Source of the DNA: an uncultured Methanosarcinaceae archaeon
GTDB lineage: Archaea; Halobacteriota; Methanosarcinia; Methanosarcinales; Methanosarcinaceae
NCBI GenBank assembly: GCA_963733675.1
Contig: CAVTET010000001.1
Coordinates: 32,001 to 96,000 of the forward strand
DNA length: 64,000 nucleotides
Direction of reading: 5' to 3'
The notes under the pieces are model-generated. The model searched no databases. It was not told the DNA's origin and saw only the letters and a list, made by a program, of their open reading frames with translations. A program made the position numbers and the translations under genes. Positions 45,161 through 56,297 of the stretch are shown one piece after another. Positions within the stretch are counted from its first letter, which is position 1; each line of letters begins with the position of its first letter.

Positions 45161-45784
45161 TTATTTTTTCAATTTTTCCCAGTAATCCAGGGCTTCTTCG
45201 TGATTTTTTATTTTGCTATTGAGCAATTTGTGCTGAGATTTACTTTTAGAAATCTCTTCATCTTTGATGCTATCATCTTCTTCAAACTGTTTTTCAGATT
45301 CTACTATTCCTTTTAGTTCGAGATTTGAATTCCTGGCTTCCTCTAATCTAACTTGGATTTGTAGAAGAAGATTTTCTTCAAACTCAGTTACCCGAAAAGT
45401 TTCACGCAGGTTTTCTATAAATAAGTCCTTAAGTTTCTGTTCCTCTTCAGGTTCTATCTGGCCTTTGAGTTTTTTAATCTCTTCCTTGAGTTTATTGGCA
45501 GTTATTTGGTTGAGTTTCGGGAACATTTCCTTTTCAAGCAATGCTTCTGCTTGATGGTAAAACTGTTGCCGTTTCTCCGTCAGGATTTCTTTTCTCTCCA
45601 TAAACTTGATTCTGGAATTCTTTAAATTTTTAGCGCCCTCTTCGATTTGGTTCAATTTGCTGGTTAGTTCTTCGAATTCCTTTCTATCATCTTCCAGAAA
45701 CCTTCTGTGTTTTTCCACAACTGCTGATATCAGCTCCTCTTCTGTTAGCACTCTGATCCCAATTTTTTCGGTTTTTTCATTCAC
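45161..45784 (-). CDS. Hypothetical coiled-coil protein
   Basis: 207 aa E/K-rich ORF ending 'HEEALDYW', co-oriented in an operon-like run. Confidence 0.7.
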   Translation of the reverse strand: MNEKTEKIGIRVLTEEELISAVVEKHRRFLEDDRKEFEELTSKLNQIEEGAKNLKNSRIKFMERKEILTEKRQQFYHQAEALLEKEMFPKLNQITANKLKEEIKKLKGQIEPEEEQKLKDLFIENLRETFRVTEFEENLLLQIQVRLEEARNSNLELKGIVESEKQFEEDDSIKDEEISKSKSQHKLLNSKIKNHEEALDYWEKLKK

Positions 45785-45913
45785 GGTATCACAATCTGTA
45801 ATTTACGTTCTATAACTAAGTTATTATCTTCCGATCTATTCCAGCCTGGAAAACTAAATCAACTAATTTCTGCCGAATTTTGGCTTTCAGGTATCCTTCC
45901 GACAGTATCTTTA

Positions 45914-46204
45914 TTAAATTCTGAAAATCTGGGCATGGGGTACATAATCGATCATTATCACGGAATTCGGATCAATAAACCCGCACTTTATGGCGCATTG
46001 GATAGTTTTTTCCCCAAAGAGATTTACAATCGTGGCTCCCTGAATAGATTTTTGCAGTTCTTCCTCTGAGACATATGTCTCTCCATAAAAGGCCTTGCTA
46101 ATCTCCACTATAGAGTTGCCATGTTTTAGTTTTTTTCCAAGCACTTCCTTATCACAGGCTGCAATAAGAATGTGCTCTCCATTTTTATAGATCTTTAGAT
46201 ACAT
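45914..46204 (-). CDS. DUF424 family protein
   Basis: 'LIAACDKEVLG', 'FYG', 'NLFGE', 'VPHAQ'. Confidence 0.88.
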   Translation of the reverse strand: MYLKIYKNGEHILIAACDKEVLGKKLKHGNSIVEISKAFYGETYVSEEELQKSIQGATIVNLFGEKTIQCAIKCGFIDPNSVIMIDYVPHAQIFRI

Positions 46205-46328
46205 ATTCTACATCCCAGTAGTATTTACAGCTTGATCGTGTTCACATAGTTTTTATGTGTGGTATTTTTCTCTGGGGTTTGGGAAGATTTTTTAGACTTA
46301 GTTTTTGGAGTTTCACTCAATCTAAAAA

Positions 46329-48437
46329 TCAGTTGACGAGTCTTATATGTTTTTGATCTGGAGAAAGAATGTCTCCTCCCTGCTTCATTTTCTTGATATA
46401 CTCTTCTGCATGAGTTCTATTTATTCCATGTTTGCTTTCAGCTTCTGTATACACTTCTTCTAATGGAGCTCCTTCTTTTCCGGGATATCTCTCACTTACC
46501 TTTTTAATTATGTCTCTAAGGGCTTTTATCTTGTTCCTTTGGCTCATGCTTGTGCCAGATGCAATTATATCTGCATCAAGAGCTCCTGTATCAGGATCAA
46601 TACCTACGTTTTTCAGGCAATTCATAACGATTTTGATAGTTCTTTCTGCATCCTCTAGAGTGACTGTATTGCTCAGGCGGACTCTTGCACTCGCTTCCGA
46701 CAGACGGACAAGGGCTTCAAGCTGTCTGGCTGTCACAGGTACTGGTGTATCTTTGCCTTCTCCTGTTTTTCGAAGATCTGTATAAAATTTCATTAGGCGA
46801 TCACGTGCGTTGCCCTCCATCACCGGGAAAACATTTTTACGAGCATATGCAACATATTTTTGCATGATTTCAGGGTCTATGATAGGTTCGATAACTTCCA
46901 TTTCGGCTTCGACTAAATCTTCCGTAATATGGGAACCAGGAAGTTTTTGACGCTGTTCGAAAAGTTCTCCTGCATAATGAGACTGAAGAATGTGGTTTGC
47001 AATCCTGCTGTCTAGAGCATGGTTCGGGGTATCAAGCAAAACAAAGATAAGGTCAAAACGAGAGAGCAGAGCTGGAGGCATGTTGATTTGTTCTGCAAGG
47101 CCTTCATAACGGTCAAAACGTCCATATTTTGGATTTGCAGCTCCTAGAAGAGCGCAACGAGACTTAAGAGTAGCAATAATCCCGGCCTTGGCTATACTTA
47201 TAGTCTGCTGCTCCATTGCCTCGTGCAGGGCGCTCTTATCCTCTGACTTCATTTTGTCCATTTCATCAACTGCAGCAACTCCCATATCTGCCATGACAAG
47301 GGCTCCTCCTTCGATTGTCCATCTCCCGTCATTCAGATCATCTTTTACGGCAGCTGCAGTCAACCCGCTTGCAGATGCACTCCGTCCTGAAGTAAAGACT
47401 CCCCTTGGGGAGAGTTTGACCACATATCGTAGGAGCTGGCTTTTTGCAATTCCAGGGTCTCCTACAAGCATCACATGAATATCTCCTCGTATCCTGGAAC
47501 CATCCGGAAGATTTTTCACCACTCCTGAAAATAATTGGAGGGAGAGGGCTTCTTTTATGTCCTCGTACCCATAGATTGAAGGTGCAACAGAACTAACAAT
47601 TTTGTTGTAGATTGCAGGGTCACTGGAAAGTTCAAGAATCTTTACTTCGTCTTCTACAGTTATTTCGAGTTCGTCATAATCCCTATCCAGGCGTTCGATA
47701 GAACTTGCTTGGAGTACAAGGTCATAGAAGGTAGATTTCCCATCTTTTAAAGTACGTTGGACAGATTTCAAGATCCCATTAATTATGACCCTATCCCCAG
47801 GAGTGACATTTCCTGTTAGATCGTCATCAGAATCAATTTCCAGACTCTGTGGCTGAGACCCTCCTTTGAGATTTTCGGGTGATTCCTGAATCTGGAGTTT
47901 TTGGGCATCGAGAAAAGTAGATTCCTCTATTATAACTTTAAAAGGTCCTTTCTTTCCACAATTTTCATCTTCACAGCCTGCAAAGGGCTCCTCAAATTTG
48001 AAGCTGCTTTGCTCCACAAAGGTCATATGCCCGCACCTGAGACACTGGAAAGCAGCTTTCGTAATCCTTGGCCTGACCTCAGTAGCTTTTCTTATCATAC
48101 CTTCAATAGCAACAAAGCGTGAAAGATGTTTACTTCTTAAATTTCTTATTGGTATCTTATTCGGAATTTTTATTATCCTTACATGAGCCTGTTCGAGGTT
48201 TTTTTCTACAGGGAGGTCTATTTCCTTCAGTGCAATCTCAGCAGCTTTTAGAAGTTCTCCAGGATGCTCAAGAAACTCTTTTGAAAGCTCTCTGTCAAAT
48301 TTCTCTATATCTGTAAAATCCACACCAAGGCTTCTCTGGTCAGGATACTCGTTTGCAAGCTGGAGAATTTCATTCCAATAATAGTCCTTAAAAAATTTTT
48401 TTAGCTTTTCTTCCCACTTGCTTTCTGTTTCAGTCAT
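46329..48437 (-). CDS. mcm: Replicative helicase MCM
   Basis: Zn finger, 'GDPGIAKSQ', 'VDEMDKM', 'LLSRFD'; probable start MTETE at 48437; no intein visible. Confidence 0.97.
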   Translation of the reverse strand: MTETESKWEEKLKKFFKDYYWNEILQLANEYPDQRSLGVDFTDIEKFDRELSKEFLEHPGELLKAAEIALKEIDLPVEKNLEQAHVRIIKIPNKIPIRNLRSKHLSRFVAIEGMIRKATEVRPRITKAAFQCLRCGHMTFVEQSSFKFEEPFAGCEDENCGKKGPFKVIIEESTFLDAQKLQIQESPENLKGGSQPQSLEIDSDDDLTGNVTPGDRVIINGILKSVQRTLKDGKSTFYDLVLQASSIERLDRDYDELEITVEDEVKILELSSDPAIYNKIVSSVAPSIYGYEDIKEALSLQLFSGVVKNLPDGSRIRGDIHVMLVGDPGIAKSQLLRYVVKLSPRGVFTSGRSASASGLTAAAVKDDLNDGRWTIEGGALVMADMGVAAVDEMDKMKSEDKSALHEAMEQQTISIAKAGIIATLKSRCALLGAANPKYGRFDRYEGLAEQINMPPALLSRFDLIFVLLDTPNHALDSRIANHILQSHYAGELFEQRQKLPGSHITEDLVEAEMEVIEPIIDPEIMQKYVAYARKNVFPVMEGNARDRLMKFYTDLRKTGEGKDTPVPVTARQLEALVRLSEASARVRLSNTVTLEDAERTIKIVMNCLKNVGIDPDTGALDADIIASGTSMSQRNKIKALRDIIKKVSERYPGKEGAPLEEVYTEAESKHGINRTHAEEYIKKMKQGGDILSPDQKHIRLVN

Positions 48438-48597
48438 ATTATTCTCGGAACTATTTTGACTTTTATGTAAAACTCTCTTTTTCAAACTGGTTTTGCACAA
48501 AATAATTCAAAAAATTGGAAAAAACGATAATAAAATCTAATGTAAGAACATGCTTATTCTCATATGAACTTTTCCATGTTTTACTGATTTTCTATTC

Positions 48598-49326
48598 CTA
48601 GCTTTCAGATTCTTTTATTGAGCATCCCATTTTTCTCTCTATTTTCCTTATTATACCCCTCAAAGTTTGAACTTCCCTTGGAGTCAGACCAGCTCTTCCG
48701 AATATTCTCCGTAGCATAAGAGAAGTTTTGTTCTTTTTGTGGAAAGGATAGTCTATTTTCTCCAACAGTTCTTCCAAGTGCCCGTAAAGAAGCTGCAGGT
48801 CAAACCCATCTGCAAGCGGATTGTTTCCTCCTCCCAGCTCCGAAAGTTCGTAAAGTACAACTGTAACTGCATGGGAAAGATTCATTATGGGATATATTTC
48901 AGAGGTTGGAACCGTAATGAGCATATCAAAATTTTTTAGTTCATCGTTTCGGAAGCCATGGTTTTCTCTCCCAAAAATAATGGAAGCAATCCCTCTATAC
49001 TCTTTGAGTTTCTCTTTGAGTTCTCTAGATGTATAAAGCGGAAGGCGGATGTGTTCTCCTGCCTTAAGGCTAGAAACTCCAGTGGTTCCTATCAGCAGGT
49101 TTGAACCTTTTACGGCATCATCAAAACTTGAGGTAACCAGTGCACCTTCAAGAATATCTCTTGCATGAGATGCCATTGCTCTTGCTTCTCCTTCTAGTTT
49201 GCAGGGATTTACCAGCACTAGGTTAGTATATCCAAAGTTCTTCATTGCTCTTGCAACAGATCCGATATTTCCCTGGTATATGGGTTCTACAAGCACTACA
49301 CGGATATCAAGTGACAAATATCTCAA
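48598..49326 (-). CDS. trmJ: SPOUT tRNA methyltransferase, TrmJ-like
   Basis: 'GNIGSVARAMKNFG', 'FGRENHG', 'IMNLSHAV'. Confidence 0.88.
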   Translation of the reverse strand: MRYLSLDIRVVLVEPIYQGNIGSVARAMKNFGYTNLVLVNPCKLEGEARAMASHARDILEGALVTSSFDDAVKGSNLLIGTTGVSSLKAGEHIRLPLYTSRELKEKLKEYRGIASIIFGRENHGFRNDELKNFDMLITVPTSEIYPIMNLSHAVTVVLYELSELGGGNNPLADGFDLQLLYGHLEELLEKIDYPFHKKNKTSLMLRRIFGRAGLTPREVQTLRGIIRKIERKMGCSIKESES

Positions 49327-49857
49327 TCCTTTTTTTGAAATCAGTTATTAAGGGAGATTTCATTTCCATAAAGACAGTCACAAAAATTCTGTACCCCAGG
49401 CAGTAAGATAAATCCTTCAAAAAAATACCTTCTTTTTACTTTTTCTATGGAATAAATGCGGGTCTCTCGGGCAAACAGCTTTGTATTTCCCATAGCTTGT
49501 ACATTTTTTTTTCTATCAATATAAATTTTAGTCGCTTATTTTTATGGATTGATATTTGAGAAGACCTAAATGTCTTTAGATCCCTTAATGTTTACTTTGA
49601 CCCCATAATATCATATTCTCTAGCAAGTGTATTTTTGAATTTAACTTTCCTTTCATCTTCATAAGCTAATCCATTATTCTCTCCACGAAAGTTAAAATTA
49701 GTGCATTAGAGCTTTATATGACTAATTAATCACTTTATTTTTTTGAAAATTTAATTATCTTTCTCAAGACTCTATTATTGTCTAGTTTGTATGTTAAGTT
49801 TGCTTTTCAAGTTTATTTGTTGATATCTTATATTCTTATTCTTCTTTTTCCCTGAAT

Positions 49858-49950
49858 ATAGAGGATTCGATAAACTTCTAAATTTAGTCGTACAGTTGTA
49901 AATTATCTATAAATGACTATTGAAAATCAAAGATTTATCAAAATCCGCCA
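49858..49950 (-). repeat. Family B repeat
   Basis: TAGAGGATTCGATAAACT...GAAAATCAAAGATTTATCAAAATCC. Confidence 0.65.
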
Positions 49951-50145
49951 AATAAATGGGTTTGAAGGAGGAAAAAAAAATCTTCAAAGACTTCATAAGG
50001 TAAATTAGACTAAAACATAAAGCTTCTGATGCACTTCGTTATTAAAAAATCTCCATATTTTCTCTCTAGCATATAATATGGATATATCCTAAAATAGAAT
50101 AGAGGTTAAAAGATTGTATTGATACTGTATTACAATCAACATTCT

Positions 50146-50267
50146 GCAGATGCATACATATGTATAATTTGTTTGCCCATTTTCCAACTATTATCTATTG
50201 GAAGCTAGATCAATTATTTAAGGTACGTCGTATTGAGAAAATAGGTGGTCTTCTGGTGTAAATATGC
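50146..50267 (+). repeat. Family A repeat, copy 4 (degenerate)
   Basis: GCAGATGCATAC..TAATTTGTTTGCC..TTGAGAAA..GTGTAAATATGC. Confidence 0.65.
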
Positions 50268-50435
50268 GAAAATTGAATGAAGTGAGTGATAAAACAACAA
50301 ATATATTATACACAAACAAATAATACTTTTACTGCTTCTTTGAACTATACATGTGATACGTGAAACGCGAATTTAAGTTTTCGAATCTCAATTGTTTAAT
50401 TACATCATTTTATAGCATTAATACAAAATTTCGGC

Positions 50436-51704
50436 ATGAGTATGACTACAAATATGGAAAGGATCCCAATAGCTTTCGGGAATAGGGTAATTGAGCTGGA
50501 AATTCCTGAAAAGAATCTCTTCAGCATTATATTGCCTTCAGAACCTGAAAAAAGAGAAGAAGCAGCTGTTTTGATCAAAAAAGCGCTTGAAAATCCCATC
50601 AAAAGCAGGCGCCTCTCGGAGATTGTTGACCCAAATACCAGAATCGCAATCATCGTTAGCGATGTAACAAGGCCAACTCCTACTGCGAAAATTCTTCCCT
50701 CTCTGCTTGAAGAGCTTTATATGGGTGGAGCAAAGGACGAGAACATAAGCATTATCTTTGCTCTCGGGCTTCACCGCAAGCTAACTGAAGAGGAGTCAAA
50801 AAAAATTGTCGGAGAGGAGATATATAAAAAAATATTATGTATCCAGCATGACACTCACAGATGCCAACGTATTGGTGTGACTTCACGTGGAACTCCTGTA
50901 GAAATATTTGAAGGCGTTATAGATGCGGATATTATTGTAGGAACCGCAAATATTGAGTTTCATTATTATGCAGGGTACAGCGGAGGAGCAAAGTCAGTTC
51001 TTCCGGGTATAAGTTCGCAAGAATCCGTGATCACAAATCATAAAATGATGTTTGACGAAAACTCTATTTCCGGAAGAGTGGACGGTGCTGTCAGGCAAGA
51101 TATGGAAGAAGCCGCAAAAATATTTGGCCTTGACTATATCCTTAATGTGGTGCTTGATAGCAAAAAAGAGATAGTTACTGCAGTTGCTGGGAATTTTATC
51201 GAGGCCCACAGAAAAGGGACTGAATGTGTGGATTCCATGTATAAGGTACCTGTGGAACCTGCTGACGCAGTTATAGTTTCTTGTGGTGGCTTTCCAAAGG
51301 ATGTCAACCTTTTCCAGGCAACTAAGGCTCTTGATAACGCAACCAAGGCAGTAAAGGAGGGTGGTTTCATTATCCTTGTGGCTGAATGCGCAGAGGGAAT
51401 CGGAAATCAAGTATATGAGTGCTGGAATAAAGAATGTCAGAGTCCTGAGGATGCAATCGAGCGTTTTAAAAATTGTTTTGAGTTTGGAGGGCATAAGAGT
51501 GCAATTGTTGCAAAAATTTCAAAAAAATTCAAAATTTACCTGATATCAAAACTCTCTCAAGAACAAACTAGGACTGCGTTCTTTACTCCAATGCCAAACT
51601 TGAAAGAAGCTCTTTCTGTAGTCCTTTTCGAAAAACCTGATGCAAAGATTCATCTGATGCCTTACGGGGGGCAGACACTGCCATTCAAAAAAGATTTCAA
51701 TTGA
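50436..51704 (+). CDS. larA: LarA-family nickel-pincer 2-hydroxyacid racemase/epimerase
   Basis: 'SDVTRPTP', 'ALGLHR', 'HYYAGYSGGAKSVLPG', 'GGFPKD'. Confidence 0.85.
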   Translation: MSMTTNMERIPIAFGNRVIELEIPEKNLFSIILPSEPEKREEAAVLIKKALENPIKSRRLSEIVDPNTRIAIIVSDVTRPTPTAKILPSLLEELYMGGAKDENISIIFALGLHRKLTEEESKKIVGEEIYKKILCIQHDTHRCQRIGVTSRGTPVEIFEGVIDADIIVGTANIEFHYYAGYSGGAKSVLPGISSQESVITNHKMMFDENSISGRVDGAVRQDMEEAAKIFGLDYILNVVLDSKKEIVTAVAGNFIEAHRKGTECVDSMYKVPVEPADAVIVSCGGFPKDVNLFQATKALDNATKAVKEGGFIILVAECAEGIGNQVYECWNKECQSPEDAIERFKNCFEFGGHKSAIVAKISKKFKIYLISKLSQEQTRTAFFTPMPNLKEALSVVLFEKPDAKIHLMPYGGQTLPFKKDFN

Positions 51705-52344
51705 TACGCTCTCTTGAGCTTATTTTTAAGTTTTAAACTTAGATTTTTTGAAACACTGAGGGTTATATTAAGAAACATTCGTGGTATTCTTTGAGTAACA
51801 TCTTTAAATGTATTTTTTTACAAACATAGTTTATAATTATCAAAAAAATATATATGTACTATTTTGTCTAAATAAATTTCACAACTATATATTTCTTTTG
51901 ATCAACTTGATTGGCACATAAGGATAGAGCAGAATACTAAAGAGGATTTCGATAATCCTCTGATTTGCAAGGGTCATATATATAATTTATGAACATGTGA
52001 TAAAAGTTCTTTCCACTATGTTCATAAAGTGGATCTGAAGATGTTGTGTACACCTTTTTGTTATATATCTCTTTCAGTTAATTACATTGAAAATAAAAGG
52101 GATATTTTTTGGATAGTTGAAGTAATCTTTAAAATCAAATAATAATGAACACGAAAAAATAGACTCAACTGAAGAAATTTGTGGGAAAGATTTGGACATT
52201 ATTTCCGCGAAAAATGGAATCAGAGGTAACTCGGAATCTTCTATATCTGGAGCTTGCTATACATAGAATAGCAATGAGAACAAAAAAAGAATAAAAAGAT
52301 TGGGAAAAGGAAAGTAAAGTACATTTAAAAAAGGGCAACTGCCT

Positions 52345-53310
52345 TTATACATGCCTTATTTCGAAAGATTGAAACAAAATTTCGGGATAAATTTCACCGC
52401 TCGAGATTGTTTTTTTGTTTTTAAGGTCGTTTACATTAAGCCTAGCAGGCGCAAAAATACCCTCATCAACCTTATAAAAGTCAAACCCTGCTTCTTTGAA
52501 GGTCTGATAAAATGGTTTCCCGAAATGGTGGGAATTTATAGAAGGTACCTTCTGTACGAATTCTTCAAGTTCGGCCAGTTCTCCGTTAAAGCACAATGTA
52601 TAGTTTGTTTCGCCGCCGTAAATCACACAGTCATTGGTTGAACCCATGCACTGAATATCGTTTCCGACTATCGGGGCAATGGGAGCAATGCCGTAGCCGC
52701 TCTTAATGCAGTTGATGTCAAAGCCAATTGACTTGAGTTTGTGGATTCCAGCTTCCACGACACGGGCCGAAATTTGGACAGAGCCGGCAATAGAGGCTGT
52801 GGGAGCAACTGCAATCATCACGTTTTCAGGATCCACGCTGCAGTGCTTTGCAATGTAATCGACAACTCTTTCATCAGGTAGTCTATTGGATTCTATGAAC
52901 AGAATTGCAGCTTGGAAGTCATCGTGATATCCTATCTCTTTATAGAGTTCTCTGGGTTTTAAGGCGAGTGCACGCGCAGGACCTGACCCCATTCCGAAGT
53001 AATCTCCGACAGAGATCCTCCAGCCTGCATACTGGGAAGCCATACAAGCAATTACCGGATTGTCAGTTGCTATCTGAATGGCAGGCCACTTGAGACCTTT
53101 CAGATCAAAGGTGGTATATTGTAGGTCAGCAAGGTCAGCTAAGCAGAGTCTCGCCAGGTACAGCCCGGCTTCATATCCCCCATCTTCTTTAACTCCGCAG
53201 TCAATAACTGTAGCCCCATTTTTGAGCTTTGTAACTTCGGTGTTTAGGTCTTCGCTCCAGTCGAGCATTTCTTCCATGACATATGATCCCATTTCGTTGA
53301 CACTTATCAA
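52345..53310 (-). CDS. mch: Methenyl-H4MPT cyclohydrolase
   Basis: '[10 protein letters not shown]', 'GSGPARAL', '[10 protein letters not shown]', 'FAPA'. Confidence 0.96.
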   Translation of the reverse strand: MISVNEMGSYVMEEMLDWSEDLNTEVTKLKNGATVIDCGVKEDGGYEAGLYLARLCLADLADLQYTTFDLKGLKWPAIQIATDNPVIACMASQYAGWRISVGDYFGMGSGPARALALKPRELYKEIGYHDDFQAAILFIESNRLPDERVVDYIAKHCSVDPENVMIAVAPTASIAGSVQISARVVEAGIHKLKSIGFDINCIKSGYGIAPIAPIVGNDIQCMGSTNDCVIYGGETNYTLCFNGELAELEEFVQKVPSINSHHFGKPFYQTFKEAGFDFYKVDEGIFAPARLNVNDLKNKKTISSGEIYPEILFQSFEIRHV

Positions 53311-53801
53311 GGTATCACCCTTCTGGTTCTGGATGAACAGAAATAATGTTGTTAGCCAATATATTTTTATCAGACTTTACATCTTGAATATAATTTTTTA
53401 TAGACCTGAAAGCCATTTGTTAGTCATGGATACTTTTTAATTAGAATGGCTTGCAGATCAACAAATCTCCTAGTAATCGGCAACAGTTTACTTAGATGGA
53501 TTTTGCTCATTCAATGAGGTTAACTACAATATTATTTTGGAGTTTTGTCCAATCAATCAGGGTTAACGACCATATTATATATAAAAAGATATTAGCCGAC
53601 AAGATTATTTCCGGAGTTCTATATACTGATTCTTTTCTGTAATTTTTATCTATATAAGAAGAATTAACATTTAACTATTATTATATTATTCTAATTAGAT
53701 TATAAAGATACGGTCATTTCTTCTTACTATACACTTGACATTAAGGTTTACTTTCTCCCTTTTCAGTTCTTGTGAGGTCTTTATCTCACTTTTTCAGGAA
53801 C

Positions 53802-54330
53802 TTATGTCAAATAAGTTGTGTTTCCCTCAATAATTATTTCATCACCGATTTTTATCCCTTCTTCTAGGAGCCTCACTGCCGTAACCTTCAGTTTCGGATA
53901 AAAATTCACAACCATTCCCATAGCCAGACGTTTCTTTCTGGAAGTATTCATATCCTTTCCAGAAGAAAAATCATCGAGACTCGGAATCCCAAGGTAAAAG
54001 CATATAGAAAAGGTACTATTATAAACAGAGGAAAGTTCTAGTTTCCAGATCTCTACTTTTTTCAGATGATAATTTCCTTCTCTTAAGGCGTCGATAGCTT
54101 CCATATAGCAATTGGAAACAACTTCAAGATAACATGGATCTCGCAACTATCCTCCCACCTTAAAGGAATTTATTCCAGCTTTAATAAGCTCTGGAATTTG
54201 CTCTATAAAGCAAATATTTTTACACTAAGAAGATATTTTCCCAGAATCTCTGTACCAACTCCGTTTCCCCCAGTGAGCCTCCATTCCTATCTATATGGTT
54301 AGATGAACTCTCCACAGTTTCCGGATTTGC
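53802..54330 (-). pseudogene. U32 peptidase remnant
   Basis: Fragments 'CFIEQIPELIKAGINSF', 'RDPCYLEVV..Y.EAID', 'GDEIIIEGNTTY' with stops. Confidence 0.7.
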
Positions 54331-54594
54331 CTATAATTTTAAACAATTGAAAAAATTAAAATAAATACAGTTTTAAAATTATTTGCGTGCAATCAATGTA
54401 TTATGAATTCAAATCTAATTTAATAATGTTTCAGAGTTAACTGGTAACGAAGCCTCAAGATAAACTCTATAAAAATAAGAGAATGAACTCACTAGTTAAA
54501 GTTTCCTAAAAAAATTCGGAGAACATATACTTTCTCTATTAGGTATTGCTTCTTCCTCCCAGTTTATATGTAGGCAAAAAAATAGTTGCATGAT

Positions 54595-55896
54595 TCACTT
54601 CTTCTTTCGGATCTTTGCAAAAAGCTGTCTTAATGTATCCTCGTTACTTCTTGTGAACTCAAATGGAGAACTTGTAAAAGGTTCAAAGTGTACTGCTACG
54701 TCATCTTGCCTGTAAAAAGTCCCGTCGCATTCCATGGCATCAATGACTCCAGGAAGCACGATGTCTGAAATAACTGTTGTCAGGCAAGGTGCAATGTCTA
54801 GGCAGACGATGGGTATTTTGGCAAGGTAGGTAGCGCAGTCCGCAGGGAGATTGCTAATCAGATCAGAACACACTACAAGAGCTGCATCCACATCTCTTTC
54901 CCGAAGCATATCTACAGTCGTAAATTCTCCGGGATTGAAGCGTGGATATCCCCGCGTGAAATCGAGCCCGAAAGGATAGCCATACATGTAGGAAGCCACC
55001 TGGTTAAAACCTGCCACGTTGCAGTGGCTATGGAGAACTCCAAGAGTAAATTTAGTAAATTTATTAATTTCTTTTACTAAATTCATGACAATTTCCGCGT
55101 TCCTATGCTTTCCGATTGATGATGAAAGTCCTAAACCTACCGAAATGAAACCGAAGTTGCAATTTTTCATAATATCGAGCATCTGTTCCACTATTGAAAT
55201 AGGAACACCTGTGACCTCTTCAACTGAGGGGTGGGGTTTTTTTCCATGCAGAAGCGTAAGAAGTGCGCTGATAAGTTCATAATCGGAATTAGGCTTTAGC
55301 TGCACGTGCAAATCTGAAGCTTCAGTAGTTGGAGTTTTTCTGGGGTCCAGTGTGATGATCATTCTGTCGAAACGACCACGTTTAGTCCAATATCCACGAG
55401 GGAAAACGTCATACCTTGACATCTGCCTCGGAATGGACTCAAGAGGGTTGGTTCCCCAATAGACTATTAGGTCACATCTGTTTTTTTTCTGCCCTTCTGT
55501 TGCAGCGACTTTCCCTGCTTCCTGGATTCCCATAACTGTTGGCCCATGGTAGAGAGATGTATTTGAGTCTACAACTGCACCAAGGTATTCTCCAATATGG
55601 AACCCCACTTTGTGAGCCTCACAAGAGGTCTCGCTGCCCAAGAAGAGCAAGGGCCGTTTTGCAGAAGTAAGGATATCTGTGGCTTTTTCAAGAGCTTCAT
55701 CCCAAGCTACAGATCTCAATTTTCCCCCTTTCTTTATAAGAGGTTGCCTGAGTCGCTTGGAACTTACAACCTTCTTAAATTTGGCATTTCCAATCTTACA
55801 TGCATTTTTAGTTTCAATTGTCCCATCCCCAAGTTCTATTTGGATGTCATCGCAGGCAGCCCCACAAGCCGGACAGACTATATTTTTAAATGCCAT
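54595..55896 (-). CDS. fmdB: Formylmethanofuran dehydrogenase subunit B homolog with substituted metal ligand
   Basis: N-terminal 'CPACGAACDD..NACK' 4Fe-4S motif, 'YWGTNP', 'NPGEFT'. 'LYHGP' replaces CHGP and 'LHSHCNVAG' replaces RGHxNV. Confidence 0.93.
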   Translation of the reverse strand: MAFKNIVCPACGAACDDIQIELGDGTIETKNACKIGNAKFKKVVSSKRLRQPLIKKGGKLRSVAWDEALEKATDILTSAKRPLLFLGSETSCEAHKVGFHIGEYLGAVVDSNTSLYHGPTVMGIQEAGKVAATEGQKKNRCDLIVYWGTNPLESIPRQMSRYDVFPRGYWTKRGRFDRMIITLDPRKTPTTEASDLHVQLKPNSDYELISALLTLLHGKKPHPSVEEVTGVPISIVEQMLDIMKNCNFGFISVGLGLSSSIGKHRNAEIVMNLVKEINKFTKFTLGVLHSHCNVAGFNQVASYMYGYPFGLDFTRGYPRFNPGEFTTVDMLRERDVDAALVVCSDLISNLPADCATYLAKIPIVCLDIAPCLTTVISDIVLPGVIDAMECDGTFYRQDDVAVHFEPFTSSPFEFTRSNEDTLRQLFAKIRKKK

Positions 55897-56287
55897 ATTC
55901 ATTCCCTCCTACATAAACTTTCAGGACTACATCTTCGGCGCTCAGTACCCTTTCTTCAGTGGGCTCAATTTCCACTGGAGCACCTTTGTAGAGAGGGGAT
56001 CCAGTAGAAAGGGTGTCAGGGTCCACAACTACATTGGACCAGATCGCTTTTGGCATGAATACATTCCCTGGTCTGACTGAATTCATGCATTTTGCATAAA
56101 CTACAACCGAATGTTTACCGTTTTTACTTGTTATCTCAACTTTCTCAGGAGAGCAGAGAGCCACAAAATCAACTGGGGAAATCCAGCAGGTTGCACACTC
56201 CTTAGCATACTCAGCCTTGAATTTATCCCAACCCTTTACAAGTCTGCCTTCTTCAATCGTACTTCCAGTAATGAGTAATACTTCCAT
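55886..56287 (-). CDS. fmdD: Formylmethanofuran dehydrogenase subunit D
   Basis: 'MEVLLITGSTI', 'IWSNVVVDPDTLSTGSPLYKG'. Confidence 0.92.
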   Translation of the reverse strand: MEVLLITGSTIEEGRLVKGWDKFKAEYAKECATCWISPVDFVALCSPEKVEITSKNGKHSVVVYAKCMNSVRPGNVFMPKAIWSNVVVDPDTLSTGSPLYKGAPVEIEPTEERVLSAEDVVLKVYVGGNEYGI

Positions 56288-56297
56288 ACATCTGACC

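Noticed and set aside
45836-45856. TTCCAGCCTGGAA palindrome near mcm as an ORB/origin site
   Set aside because: Single copy, no G-string and no cdc6/orc1 in the window
46225-46320. 31-aa TTG-start ORF between mcm and DUF424
   Set aside because: No RBS or motif; cannot be distinguished from chance
55549-55551. Selenocysteine or pyrrolysine recoding at the FmdB ligand position
   Set aside because: The codon is TAC (Tyr), not TGA or TAG
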